Shown: positions 1 through 7,884 of the stretch, piece by piece | Layout: each line of letters opens with the position of its first letter | Numbering within the stretch: the first letter of the stretch is position 1 | IMG/VR virus record: IMGVR_UViG_3300047387_000055 | Location: 1-27,959 of that record | Strand: one strand, 5' to 3' | Length of the DNA: 27,959 nt | From: a virus | Lineage: Duplodnaviria; Caudoviricetes | Notes under the pieces: model-generated | Database searches by the model: none | The model's input: only the letters and a program-made list of their open reading frames with translations | What the model was told of the DNA's origin: nothing | Translations under genes and position numbers: made by a program

Positions 1-99
1 ATGGGTCACTCGTCAACACGCGTAACTGAACGCTATTTACACGCAGCAGATAAAGAACTAGCTAAGCGTGTAAACTCTATAGACTTCGCTATTGCGTAA
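1..99 (+). CDS. int: Tyrosine recombinase/integrase, C-terminal end (5'-truncated by window edge)
   Basis: Frame 1 reads MGHSSTRVTERYLHAADKELAKRVNSIDFAIA*. This matches the box II motif of tyrosine recombinases ([LM]GH-x6-T-x2-Y, with the catalytic Tyr). It is followed by a tRNA fragment and the RNAP gene, as in P-SSP7-like phages. Confidence 0.85.
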   Translation: MGHSSTRVTERYLHAADKELAKRVNSIDFAIA

Positions 100-133
100 T
101 CCAACGAGTCTATAGATCTTAAAATCATCACTT

Positions 134-163
134 TTTACATCAATTTCTGTGCAAGTTTACAAT
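134..163 (+). promoter_or_regulatory. Putative sigma70-type promoter upstream of the tRNA fragment
   Basis: TTTACA (134-139), 18-nt spacer, TACAAT (158-163). A second TACAAT lies at 170-175 within a tandem TTACAATAAAA repeat (157-167, 169-179). Confidence 0.45.
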
Positions 164-194
164 AAAAGTTACAATAAAAAGGCTGAAAAGCCTT

Positions 195-237
195 GGGAGT
201 GTGGCGGAATTGGTAGACGCGCCGGACTTAAAATCCG
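195..237 (+). mobile_element. attP core: 5' half of tRNA-Leu(UAA), not a complete tRNA gene
   Basis: GGGAGTGTGGCGGAATTGGTAGACGCGCCGGACTTAAAATCCG comprises the acceptor 5' strand, the D-arm (GCGGAATTGGTAGACGC) and the anticodon arm CGGA-CTTAAAA-TCCG (anticodon TAA). No variable arm, T-arm or 3' acceptor strand follows. It lies directly downstream of the integrase. Confidence 0.88.
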
Positions 238-262
238 ACAGACATTGATGTAGATAGTGAAT

Positions 263-292
263 GCGATTAGCCGAAAAGCTAGTCGCTTTCTT
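263..292 (+). terminator. Putative intrinsic terminator between att core and RNAP gene
   Basis: Stem GCGATTAGC (263-271) / GCTAGTCGC (278-286) with one G-U pair, loop CGAAAA, followed by TTTCTT. Confidence 0.55.
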
Positions 293-334
293 ATTGTTCA
301 AGTGTACGAAAGTGCACAGAAATATCTACAGAGC

Positions 335-2674
335 ATGCTAACCGAAAAACAGATAGAGGATCAGCAGGAATTTGAGCGTAAACAAATAAGTGGTGGACTG
401 CATAGGCTACGTTCTAACACTACAAAGTTAGAGGAGAAGACCTATGCGTCAGCTACTGTTTATGGCTCAGCATGTATAAGTTCCATATTGCCTGATCTAA
501 TTGCATTCATTGATAGTAAGAAAGAGAAATATTTAATAGCTGCTGGTAGGAACATGCAAGTTTTTCACAAGCATATTCTGCCAAGTCAAACCACTATACA
601 AGCAATGCTTTTATGTAAGGTTGTGTTTGACCATGTATTCTCTCCAGTATCCAAAAAGCATGGGTTAACTTCCATTGCACAAGCTGTTGGTTCAGCCTGT
701 GAAGGTGAAGCTCAGATGGAATACTACGAGAAAGAAGCACCAGCTTTATTAGCCACACTTAAAAAGAATTATTGGCATCAAGCCAGAGGTACAGAATACA
801 AACGAAAGTGCATACAAACCTTGATGCACAAACAACAAATATCACCATGGGTTAGTTGGGATAAGACTACTAAAATCAAGGTCGGACTATTCCTAATCGA
901 CTGCTTATGTGAGGTATCTGGTTGGTTTGAAAGAGATTTACTTATCAAAGGTAGAAAGACATATTCAATCTTAAAACCATCCGAAGAATTAATTAAACAC
1001 CATGACGAAATCATGCGAATGGCAGAGTTGTTTAGTCCTCTTGCTAAGCCTATGCTCATTCCTCCTCGCAACTGGCATCCACTCCAAGATGGTGGTTATT
1101 ATCTAAATGATTTACAAAGATGCCACCAACTAATTAGAAGGAGCGATCCCACACTAATACAGGGAGAAATACCTTACGAGTTTATTAACAAAATTCAGCA
1201 AGTTTCTTACAAGTTAAATCCTTTCATAGTAAAGGTTGCGAAGGAACTAGAAGAAAGAGGAATTAGCGTAGGAAAATTTCGACCTGTAATGCAACACGAA
1301 GTTCCTCCAAAGCCTCCAAACATGGATGATCCAGAGGCGAAGAGGAAGTGGAAGACAGAAGCAAAGATAGCTAGAGAGTTACAGGCAGCAGAAGTACGTA
1401 AGTCCTGTAGAACTAGAATGACCATGGACGTAGTACGAGAGTTTGAAGGAAAAGAATATTATATTCCTTGGAGTTTCGACTATAGAGGTAGAGCATATCC
1501 CATACCAAACCTATTGACACCACAAGATACTGACTTTGGAAAGAGTTTGATTATGTTTGCTGAAGGTCAAGAGGTAGTTGGTCAAGCTACAAATGCCATG
1601 AACTGGTTAAAGTTCCAGTTAGCTACTACGTATGGATTGGATAAAGCGACGATGGAGGAGAGGTTGGCTTGGATAGACATACCTGAGAATAGACATATGG
1701 TATGGGCTATCGTTAACGATCCGATAGATAACATTGCATTTTGGGAAAGTGCTGACGAGCCTTGGTGTTTTTTAGCTGCTGCCGAAGAATGGGTAGCAAT
1801 AAACTACGAGCACAGAACTCATACTCACCTACCCGTAGCAGTAGACGCTACATGTAGTGGTCTCCAGATTCTCGCTGGTCTCGCCAAGGACGCCTCCACT
1901 GCTCGCATGGTAAATGTCATTGGGAGCGAAAAGCCTCAAGACGCCTATGCAACCATCGCTTCAAGGAGCATGGAGGCAATCCCTGATCGGCTAAAACCCC
2001 ACTGGGATAGGAAGGTGACTAAGCGTTGTGTGATGACTATTCCATATAACGCTAAGCCCTTCTCTAATCGTTCCTACATCAGGGACGCCTTTAAAGAAAA
2101 AGGTGTTGATGTAGATAAAGAAGAACTAACTCAATGCGTAAAGGCAGTACGAGCAGCTATGGAATTAGTTGTACCCGGCGCAATGAGAGTAATGAAATGG
2201 ATAGAGACAGAAATAGCAAGAGCTATACGAGACGGAGCTGATGAAATTAAATGGACAACACCATCAGGTTTCAAAGTTAAGCAACGTCTTATGAAGACAG
2301 CAAAGAGCACTATCGAATCACAGCTAATGGGCAGAGTCAGGATATCAATTGCTGGAGCTGAGAAAGGTGTAGACCTAAAACACCACAAGAATGCGACAGC
2401 ACCAAACCTGATTCATTCATTAGATGCTTCATTGCTTCATTTGTCAGTCATGTCAACAAACTTTCCAATAGCTTTGATACATGATTCTGTCCTATGTCGA
2501 GCTACTGATATGTGTAAACTGTCCACATTGGTACGCAAAACTTACATGACTCTGTTTGCAGAGCATGAACCCCTTAACGACTTCGCCCTAGCAATAGGAG
2601 CTGAAGAAAAACCACCGATTATTGGCGACTTACAACCAGAAGCCGTAATTGATTCACAATATTTTTTCTGTTAA
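335..2674 (+). CDS. T7-like single-subunit DNA-directed RNA polymerase (gp1), ~779 aa
   Basis: Motifs: DYRGRAYP, motif A DATCSGLQ, motif B RKVTKRCVMTIPY, APNLIHSLDA, motif C IHDS. Start moved from GTG257 to in-frame ATG335 because the upstream extension runs through the terminator hairpin. Confidence 0.97.
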   Translation: MLTEKQIEDQQEFERKQISGGLHRLRSNTTKLEEKTYASATVYGSACISSILPDLIAFIDSKKEKYLIAAGRNMQVFHKHILPSQTTIQAMLLCKVVFDHVFSPVSKKHGLTSIAQAVGSACEGEAQMEYYEKEAPALLATLKKNYWHQARGTEYKRKCIQTLMHKQQISPWVSWDKTTKIKVGLFLIDCLCEVSGWFERDLLIKGRKTYSILKPSEELIKHHDEIMRMAELFSPLAKPMLIPPRNWHPLQDGGYYLNDLQRCHQLIRRSDPTLIQGEIPYEFINKIQQVSYKLNPFIVKVAKELEERGISVGKFRPVMQHEVPPKPPNMDDPEAKRKWKTEAKIARELQAAEVRKSCRTRMTMDVVREFEGKEYYIPWSFDYRGRAYPIPNLLTPQDTDFGKSLIMFAEGQEVVGQATNAMNWLKFQLATTYGLDKATMEERLAWIDIPENRHMVWAIVNDPIDNIAFWESADEPWCFLAAAEEWVAINYEHRTHTHLPVAVDATCSGLQILAGLAKDASTARMVNVIGSEKPQDAYATIASRSMEAIPDRLKPHWDRKVTKRCVMTIPYNAKPFSNRSYIRDAFKEKGVDVDKEELTQCVKAVRAAMELVVPGAMRVMKWIETEIARAIRDGADEIKWTTPSGFKVKQRLMKTAKSTIESQLMGRVRISIAGAEKGVDLKHHKNATAPNLIHSLDASLLHLSVMSTNFPIALIHDSVLCRATDMCKLSTLVRKTYMTLFAEHEPLNDFALAIGAEEKPPIIGDLQPEAVIDSQYFFC

Positions 2675-3243
2675 TGAGAAACATACACGTAACACCCGAG
2701 CCTGTAACCCTAGAGGGATATCAAGCTGTGTTAAAGCCAAGTAAGTTTGGCTATTCATTAAAAGCGATAGTTGGAGATGACTTAATCTCTCAGCTAGAAG
2801 ATGAAAGAGCAGACTGCCTTAAGTGGGCAGAGAGTAAACTTAAAAACCCAAAGAGATCGACACTAAAACCTACACCATGGGAAGAGGTATCGAAAGGTAA
2901 GTATCTAATCAAGTTTTCTTGGTCAGATGAGAAGAGACCTCCAGTTGTTGATACTGAAGGTACACCAATCAAGGATGAAACTACACCAGTATATGCAGGC
3001 AGTAAAGTTAAGCTTGGATTTACTCAGAAACCATACATACTAAGAGATGGTGTGACCTATGGCACATCACTAAAGTTATCTGGAGTACAGATAGTAAGTG
3101 TTCAGTCAGAGGTAGGTGTAGATACAGGTGATTTGGATGAGCAAGGAGCTGCTGAATTGTTTGGTAGCACTGCTGGATTCAAGGCACAAGAACCTAACGT
3201 GACACCTGACACGACACCAAGTTCAGTAGAAGACGACTTCTAA
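2674..3243 (+). CDS. Single-stranded DNA-binding protein (T7 gp2.5-like)
   Basis: Position after RNAP; GSKVKL...YGTSLKLSGVQI OB-fold-like segment; acidic tail ending EDDF; TAATG coupling on both sides. Confidence 0.9.
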   Translation: MRNIHVTPEPVTLEGYQAVLKPSKFGYSLKAIVGDDLISQLEDERADCLKWAESKLKNPKRSTLKPTPWEEVSKGKYLIKFSWSDEKRPPVVDTEGTPIKDETTPVYAGSKVKLGFTQKPYILRDGVTYGTSLKLSGVQIVSVQSEVGVDTGDLDEQGAAELFGSTAGFKAQEPNVTPDTTPSSVEDDF

Positions 3244-3599
3244 TGGCATTTCGATCAGGACTTGAAGAGAAAGTAGCTGATCTATTAGTAAGTTTGGACG
3301 TTGACTACGAATATGAGGAAGCGTCCTACCCTTACACTATTCAACACAGCTATACTCCTGATTTTGTATTACCAAATAACGGAGTAATCCTAGAGGTCAA
3401 AGGATATTGGGATCCACCATCTAGGCGAAAGATAAGACAAGTCATTAAAGATAATCCCACGATAGACCTTCGCATGGTCTTTCAAGATCCATACAAAAGG
3501 ATCTCAAAGAAAAGCAAAACAACCTATGCGAAGTGGTGTGAGCGATATGGAATATTATGGTGTGCTGCACACTGCATACCAGTTGATTGGTTGAAATGA
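3243..3599 (+). CDS. Endonuclease I / Holliday junction resolvase (T7 gp3-like)
   Basis: FRSGLEEKVA, YTPDF and ILEVKG (PD-(D/E)xK) motifs; DLRMVF...TTYAKWC C-terminal signature. Confidence 0.95.
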   Translation: MAFRSGLEEKVADLLVSLDVDYEYEEASYPYTIQHSYTPDFVLPNNGVILEVKGYWDPPSRRKIRQVIKDNPTIDLRMVFQDPYKRISKKSKTTYAKWCERYGILWCAAHCIPVDWLK

Positions 3600-5161
3600 C
3601 AGCAGAGTTTTTAAGACATGAGCCATGCGAAGTGTGTGGCTCTTCTGATGCGAAAGCTATATACAGCGACGGAAATACATTTTGTTTTAGTTGCCAAAAC
3701 TTAACAAAAGCAGACGACGATAATCACACACATCACATGCCTACAAATGTCACATTCAAAGGATCAGCCCAAAGGCTGCATAAACGAAAAATCAGCGAAG
3801 CAACCTGCCAACACTACAGAATATACAGAGACGGAGAACTTCTCCGCTTCCCTTATTTCAGCAGCGATAAGACACTTCGAGGATTCAAAACCAAAAGCAA
3901 GTTAAAAGAGTTTAAGTATGAAGGAACTACTACTGACACTTTATTTGGTCAGTCTCTTATTCCTTCTACTGGCAAACTTATCATTGTCTATGAAGGCGAA
4001 CTCGATGCTGCATCGGGGTGGGAGGCGTACCCGAACTGGGCGCATGTTTCCCTACCGCATGGTGCGGCGTCAGCCAAAAAAGACATACAGAAACAACTTC
4101 AGTTATTCCAAGGTTATAAAGAGATTATTCTCTTCTTTGACAAGGATGAAGCAGGGAAGAATGCTACGGAACAAGTGGCTGCTCTCCTACCAAGTGGGAA
4201 AGTCAAGATTGCTCACCTTCCGGATCCGTACAAGGATGCTTCTGACGCTCTCATGGCTGGAGACGGAGAGGCGATTCGCAAAGCTATCTGGAACGCGTCG
4301 CCATATCAACCGGATGGTATCGTCGATGGTAAATCGCTTCTGGAATTAGTCACTAACCCTAGTCCTCCATGTGACTTTGAGTATCCATTTGCAGGACTGC
4401 AAAGACTTACTCATGGTTGTAGATACGGAGAGCTAACGGTAATAAGTGCAGGAACAGGTCAAGGTAAATCAACCCTGACAAGACAGTTAGCGACTCACTT
4501 TTTAGATAAGGACGAGCGTGTCGGGTATATCGCACTAGAAGAATCAAATAGAAGAACAGCTTTAGGCTTGATGTCTGTAGCTACTGGTAAAGCATTACAT
4601 CTTGGAGAACATACCAAGGAAACATTACAAGAAGCATATGACTACACGCTCAAAAACTGGAATCTCTTCCTTTATGACCACTTCGGGAGTGCTGATCCTG
4701 ATACTATCTACAGTCGCATTGAATATATGGCACTCGCGCTCGAAACAAAGACCATATTTTTGGACCATCTAAGCATATTAATTTCTGGATTAGATGGAGA
4801 TGAGCGTAAGATGATCGACACCACCATGACTAAGCTGAGAAGTTTAGTTGAAAAAACAGGAATAAAACTATTCTTGGTATCACATTTACGTAGAACACAA
4901 ACAGATAAGAACCATGAAGAAGGTGCACGCGTAACTCTTGGACAACTAAGAGGTAGTGCAGCAATTAGTCAACTAGCAGATGAAGTTTGGGGGTTAGAAA
5001 GAAACCAACAAACAGAAGCTGTAGACCAGACAATCCTACGTGTTCTAAAAAACCGATACTCAGGTGAAGTAGGTGTCGCATGTCAATTGAAATACAACAA
5101 AGAAACATGTAAATACGATGAAACTACAGAGCCAATTTTCAATCCCAGCACAGACTTCTGA
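3596..5161 (+). CDS. Primase/helicase (T7 gp4-like)
   Basis: Zn finger CEVC...CFSC; TOPRIM EGELDA and FDKDEAG; Walker A GTGQGKST; IFLDHL; LRGSAAISQLAD. ATG3596 overlaps the gp3 stop (ATGA). Confidence 0.97.
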   Translation: MTAEFLRHEPCEVCGSSDAKAIYSDGNTFCFSCQNLTKADDDNHTHHMPTNVTFKGSAQRLHKRKISEATCQHYRIYRDGELLRFPYFSSDKTLRGFKTKSKLKEFKYEGTTTDTLFGQSLIPSTGKLIIVYEGELDAASGWEAYPNWAHVSLPHGAASAKKDIQKQLQLFQGYKEIILFFDKDEAGKNATEQVAALLPSGKVKIAHLPDPYKDASDALMAGDGEAIRKAIWNASPYQPDGIVDGKSLLELVTNPSPPCDFEYPFAGLQRLTHGCRYGELTVISAGTGQGKSTLTRQLATHFLDKDERVGYIALEESNRRTALGLMSVATGKALHLGEHTKETLQEAYDYTLKNWNLFLYDHFGSADPDTIYSRIEYMALALETKTIFLDHLSILISGLDGDERKMIDTTMTKLRSLVEKTGIKLFLVSHLRRTQTDKNHEEGARVTLGQLRGSAAISQLADEVWGLERNQQTEAVDQTILRVLKNRYSGEVGVACQLKYNKETCKYDETTEPIFNPSTDF

Positions 5162-5243
5162 GCTGGTGAAACCAAACCCACCCACAAAACAAGCAAAGAA
5201 AAAAGCAAAGTTTAGGGATAAAACATATACCGCTAAAAAATAA
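5118..5243 (+). CDS. Small basic hypothetical protein (41 aa), not in ORF track
   Basis: MKLQSQFSIPAQTSELVKPNPPTKQAKKKAKFRDKTYTAKK*. It fills the primase-polymerase gap and its TAA overlaps the polymerase ATG (TAATG). Confidence 0.6.
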   Translation: MKLQSQFSIPAQTSELVKPNPPTKQAKKKAKFRDKTYTAKK

Positions 5244-5761
5244 TGCTGGTATTCGATATAGAAACAAACGGATTATTATATGACGTTTCTAAAATACATT
5301 GCATTTCCATCTTTTGTACCAAAGAGGAAAAGAGCTACGTATATAACGATCAAGATGACGAGACGCCCAGTATCAGGGATGGTATCAATCAACTTATGGA
5401 AGCTGATACTCTTGCTGGGCACAATATTATTGGGTATGACCTTCCTGTTTTACGGAAGCTTAGCAGTGAGTTTTCTACTACTGCTGAATGCGTTGATACT
5501 CTTGTCCTTTCTCGCTTATTTCATCCAAATCTAATGGAGATAGATAAGAGAAGGCAATGGCGACATATGCCACTACAACTATATGGAAGACATTCACTCG
5601 AAGCATACGGTTACAGATTGGGCGAATACAAAGGAGACTTTGGTAAGACCAGTGACTGGCAAGAGTGGAGTCAAGATATGCAGGACTACATGGTCCAAGA
5701 CGTAAAAGTAACTACAAAATTATGCGAGCACTTCCGCCCTTATCTGACGCGTGTAGATTAG
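5243..5761 (+). CDS. DNA polymerase family A, N-terminal 3'-5' exonuclease part
   Basis: ExoI FDIETNG, ExoII GHNIIGYD, HSLEAYGYRLG and ExoIII YMVQDVKVT, all as in the T7 gp5 N-terminus. Ends in TAG before the polymerase domain. Confidence 0.93.
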   Translation: MLVFDIETNGLLYDVSKIHCISIFCTKEEKSYVYNDQDDETPSIRDGINQLMEADTLAGHNIIGYDLPVLRKLSSEFSTTAECVDTLVLSRLFHPNLMEIDKRRQWRHMPLQLYGRHSLEAYGYRLGEYKGDFGKTSDWQEWSQDMQDYMVQDVKVTTKLCEHFRPYLTRVD

Positions 5762-6987
5762 AGCATCGCGTCGCAGAAATATTGACTGAACAAGAAATTC
5801 ATGGATGGACATTTAATGAATCAAAAGCTCAGCAACTTGAGTCACATCTCAGAAGAGAGATGGAAGAAACTATTGACATACTTCGAAAACAATTCCCTTA
5901 CGTTGCAGGATCGTTGTTCACTCCTAAACGAGATAACGCAACACAAGGGTACAGAGCAGGATGTGAAATACAACGAATAAAGGAGTTTAACCCAACCTCA
6001 CGAGACCATATTGCATGGATTCTGACGACACATTTGAATGTCAAATTGAGCAAGACCACTACGACTGGGAAACCAATTATCGACGAGATTACATTGACGG
6101 AGATAAATATTCCCTTCTCGCTAGCATGTGCGAAATGTTTGACGATAAAGAAGAAGCTTGGAATGATATCCGAAGGCGTGAACGCATGGAACAAGCTTGT
6201 TACGACTGAAGGCAGGATACACCACAATTGCTCGGTTAGTACGAACACATTTAGATGTGCTCATCGTAAACCGAATTTGGCACAAGTGCCTGCTGATAAA
6301 GAATTTAGAGAGTTATTTACTGCCAGTCTAAGACACACCATGGTAGGTGCAGATTTAAGTGGTATTGAACTACGAATGCTTGCACATTATCTTGGCAGAT
6401 ACGACAACGGTAGGTATGCAGATATTCTTCTCAACGATGATATACATCAAGTAAATGCCGACAAGATCGGTATCACAAGACGTCAAGTTAAGACTGTCAC
6501 ATATGCCTTCCTTTACGGAGCAGGCAACGAAAAAATTGGAACCTCTTATGATAACACCCTCAAACCCAATGAAGCTAAAAAGAAAGGCAAGGAAATTAGA
6601 GAAGCGTTTGTTTCTGCAATCGAAGGTCTCGCTGACTTATTGGGAGCGGTTTCAGCTAAGTCTACTAATGGGTGGCTTTTAGCTATTGACGGTAGGAGAG
6701 TTCTAGTTGATAGTCCACACAAAGCTCTGAACTATTTACTTCAGTGTTCGGCTGGAGTTATAGCGAAGCGTTGGATGGTTATAGCGAATGATCGACTACA
6801 ACCTTTTCACACACATCAACTAGCATTCGTTCACGATGAATTGCAGTATGAATGCCGACCATATCATGCAGTTGGTGTGAAACGCGAACTAGAAACTTCA
6901 GCAATATTAGCTGGAGAGTATTACCAATTACGCTGTCCTATAGCTGCCGAAGCAAAAGAAGGTTTGACATGGGCAGACGTACATTAG
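5722..6987 (+). CDS. DNA polymerase family A, polymerase part (-1 frame relative to the exonuclease ORF)
   Basis: LEHRVAEIL...HGWTF; FNPTSRDHIA; PNLAQVP; motif A DLSGIELR; motif B KTVTYAFLYGAG; motif C FVHDE. In-frame ATG at 5722, or entry by frameshift; the true start is uncertain. Confidence 0.93.
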   Translation: MRALPPLSDACRLEHRVAEILTEQEIHGWTFNESKAQQLESHLRREMEETIDILRKQFPYVAGSLFTPKRDNATQGYRAGCEIQRIKEFNPTSRDHIAWILTTHLNVKLSKTTTTGKPIIDEITLTEINIPFSLACAKCLTIKKKLGMISEGVNAWNKLVTTEGRIHHNCSVSTNTFRCAHRKPNLAQVPADKEFRELFTASLRHTMVGADLSGIELRMLAHYLGRYDNGRYADILLNDDIHQVNADKIGITRRQVKTVTYAFLYGAGNEKIGTSYDNTLKPNEAKKKGKEIREAFVSAIEGLADLLGAVSAKSTNGWLLAIDGRRVLVDSPHKALNYLLQCSAGVIAKRWMVIANDRLQPFHTHQLAFVHDELQYECRPYHAVGVKRELETSAILAGEYYQLRCPIAAEAKEGLTWADVH

Positions 6988-6989
6988 AT

Positions 6990-7772
6990 ATGAAATTATT
7001 AATTGATTGCGACTATATAGTCTATAAATGCTGTGCAGCAGCAGAAACAGAAATGGATTTTGGAGATGACGTAATAGTTGTTACTTCTAACTTCTCAGAT
7101 GCAATGAAATGCGTAAAAAGAGATTTAGACAAAATTCAAAATGAATTAGGTTCGTTTGATGATGAATTAATATTGTTTTTTACAAGCCCTAATAATTTTA
7201 GGAAAAAAATTCTGCCCGATTACAAGGGTCATCGACAACGAAAAAAACCCTGTGGATTCAAACGTGTCATACAGGAGCTGAAGAAAGAATACAAAGTTAT
7301 CCTCAAGGATACACTCGAAGCTGATGATGCGTTAGGTATCTACGCAACAAAGTACCCCGGAAATATAATCGTCTCTCCTGATAAAGACATGAGACAGATT
7401 CCCGGTAAATTATATGACTTCAAAGAATCGGTAACGATCTCTCCAGAAGAAGGAGCAAGATGGCATTTGATACAAACTATGGCTGGCGATAATACTGATG
7501 GATATTCAGGTGTCCCGGGAATAGGTATTAAAAAAGCAGAAAAGATCTTTGAACAAAAAGGATATACGTGGAAAGCAGTCGTTGAGACCTTTGAAGAAAA
7601 GGATATGACTGAAGAAGACGCATTAATAAATGCGCGATTAGCAAGAATTTTAACTACTGACGACTACGACCATGAAAAAAGAGAACCAATCCTCTGGCAA
7701 CCTGTGGGACAGTACGAAATTGACCCTCCATCAAGATCTGGAGATGAGAGAGATCCAGTTAGCACTGTATGA
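6990..7772 (+). CDS. 5'-3' exonuclease (T7 gp6-like)
   Basis: LLIDCDYIVY, YKGHR, LEADD, SPDKDMRQIPG and GDNTDGYSGVPGIG motifs. ATG6990 lies two bases after the polymerase stop. Confidence 0.95.
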   Translation: MKLLIDCDYIVYKCCAAAETEMDFGDDVIVVTSNFSDAMKCVKRDLDKIQNELGSFDDELILFFTSPNNFRKKILPDYKGHRQRKKPCGFKRVIQELKKEYKVILKDTLEADDALGIYATKYPGNIIVSPDKDMRQIPGKLYDFKESVTISPEEGARWHLIQTMAGDNTDGYSGVPGIGIKKAEKIFEQKGYTWKAVVETFEEKDMTEEDALINARLARILTTDDYDHEKREPILWQPVGQYEIDPPSRSGDERDPVSTV

Positions 7773-7884
7773 AATAGATAAAGAAACCATGATGGAACTT
7801 TATATGAGGTTACAAGAGCAGGTTTTTAAACTCAATAATTTAATTTCACCCCTGTTACATGAAGCAAAAAAAAGAAGGTCCTGA
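7672..7884 (+). CDS. nblA: NblA-like phycobilisome degradation adaptor (putative)
   Basis: 70 aa with the pattern LTLHQDLEMREIQLAL..IDKETMMELYMRLQEQVFKLNNLI..LL, resembling the NblA helix-loop-helix (LSLEQxF..R...). It overlaps the exonuclease 3' end, where T7-like cyanophage nblA genes have been described. Recognised by eye only. Confidence 0.6.
   Translation: MKKENQSSGNLWDSTKLTLHQDLEMREIQLALYEIDKETMMELYMRLQEQVFKLNNLISPLLHEAKKRRS

Noticed and set aside
195-270. Complete tRNA-Leu gene, or tRNA-Leu(UAA) with a group I intron
   Set aside because: The anticodon loop is uninterrupted and no T-arm or complementary acceptor strand follows, so it is a fragment.
257-334. 26-aa N-terminal extension of RNAP from GTG257
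   Set aside because: It overlaps the terminator hairpin and att-flanking repeats; ATG335 is more plausible.
3918-4349. 143-aa +1-frame ORF inside the primase with a hydrophobic N-terminus
   Set aside because: Its Leu/Met/Arg-rich composition is typical of a +1 shadow frame and it has no RBS or recognisable motif. Locally higher GC explains the lack of stops. Not strictly excluded without conservation data.
6852-6989. Long N-terminal extension of the exonuclease
   Set aside because: It overlaps the polymerase C-terminus, and homology starts at MKLLID (ATG6990).
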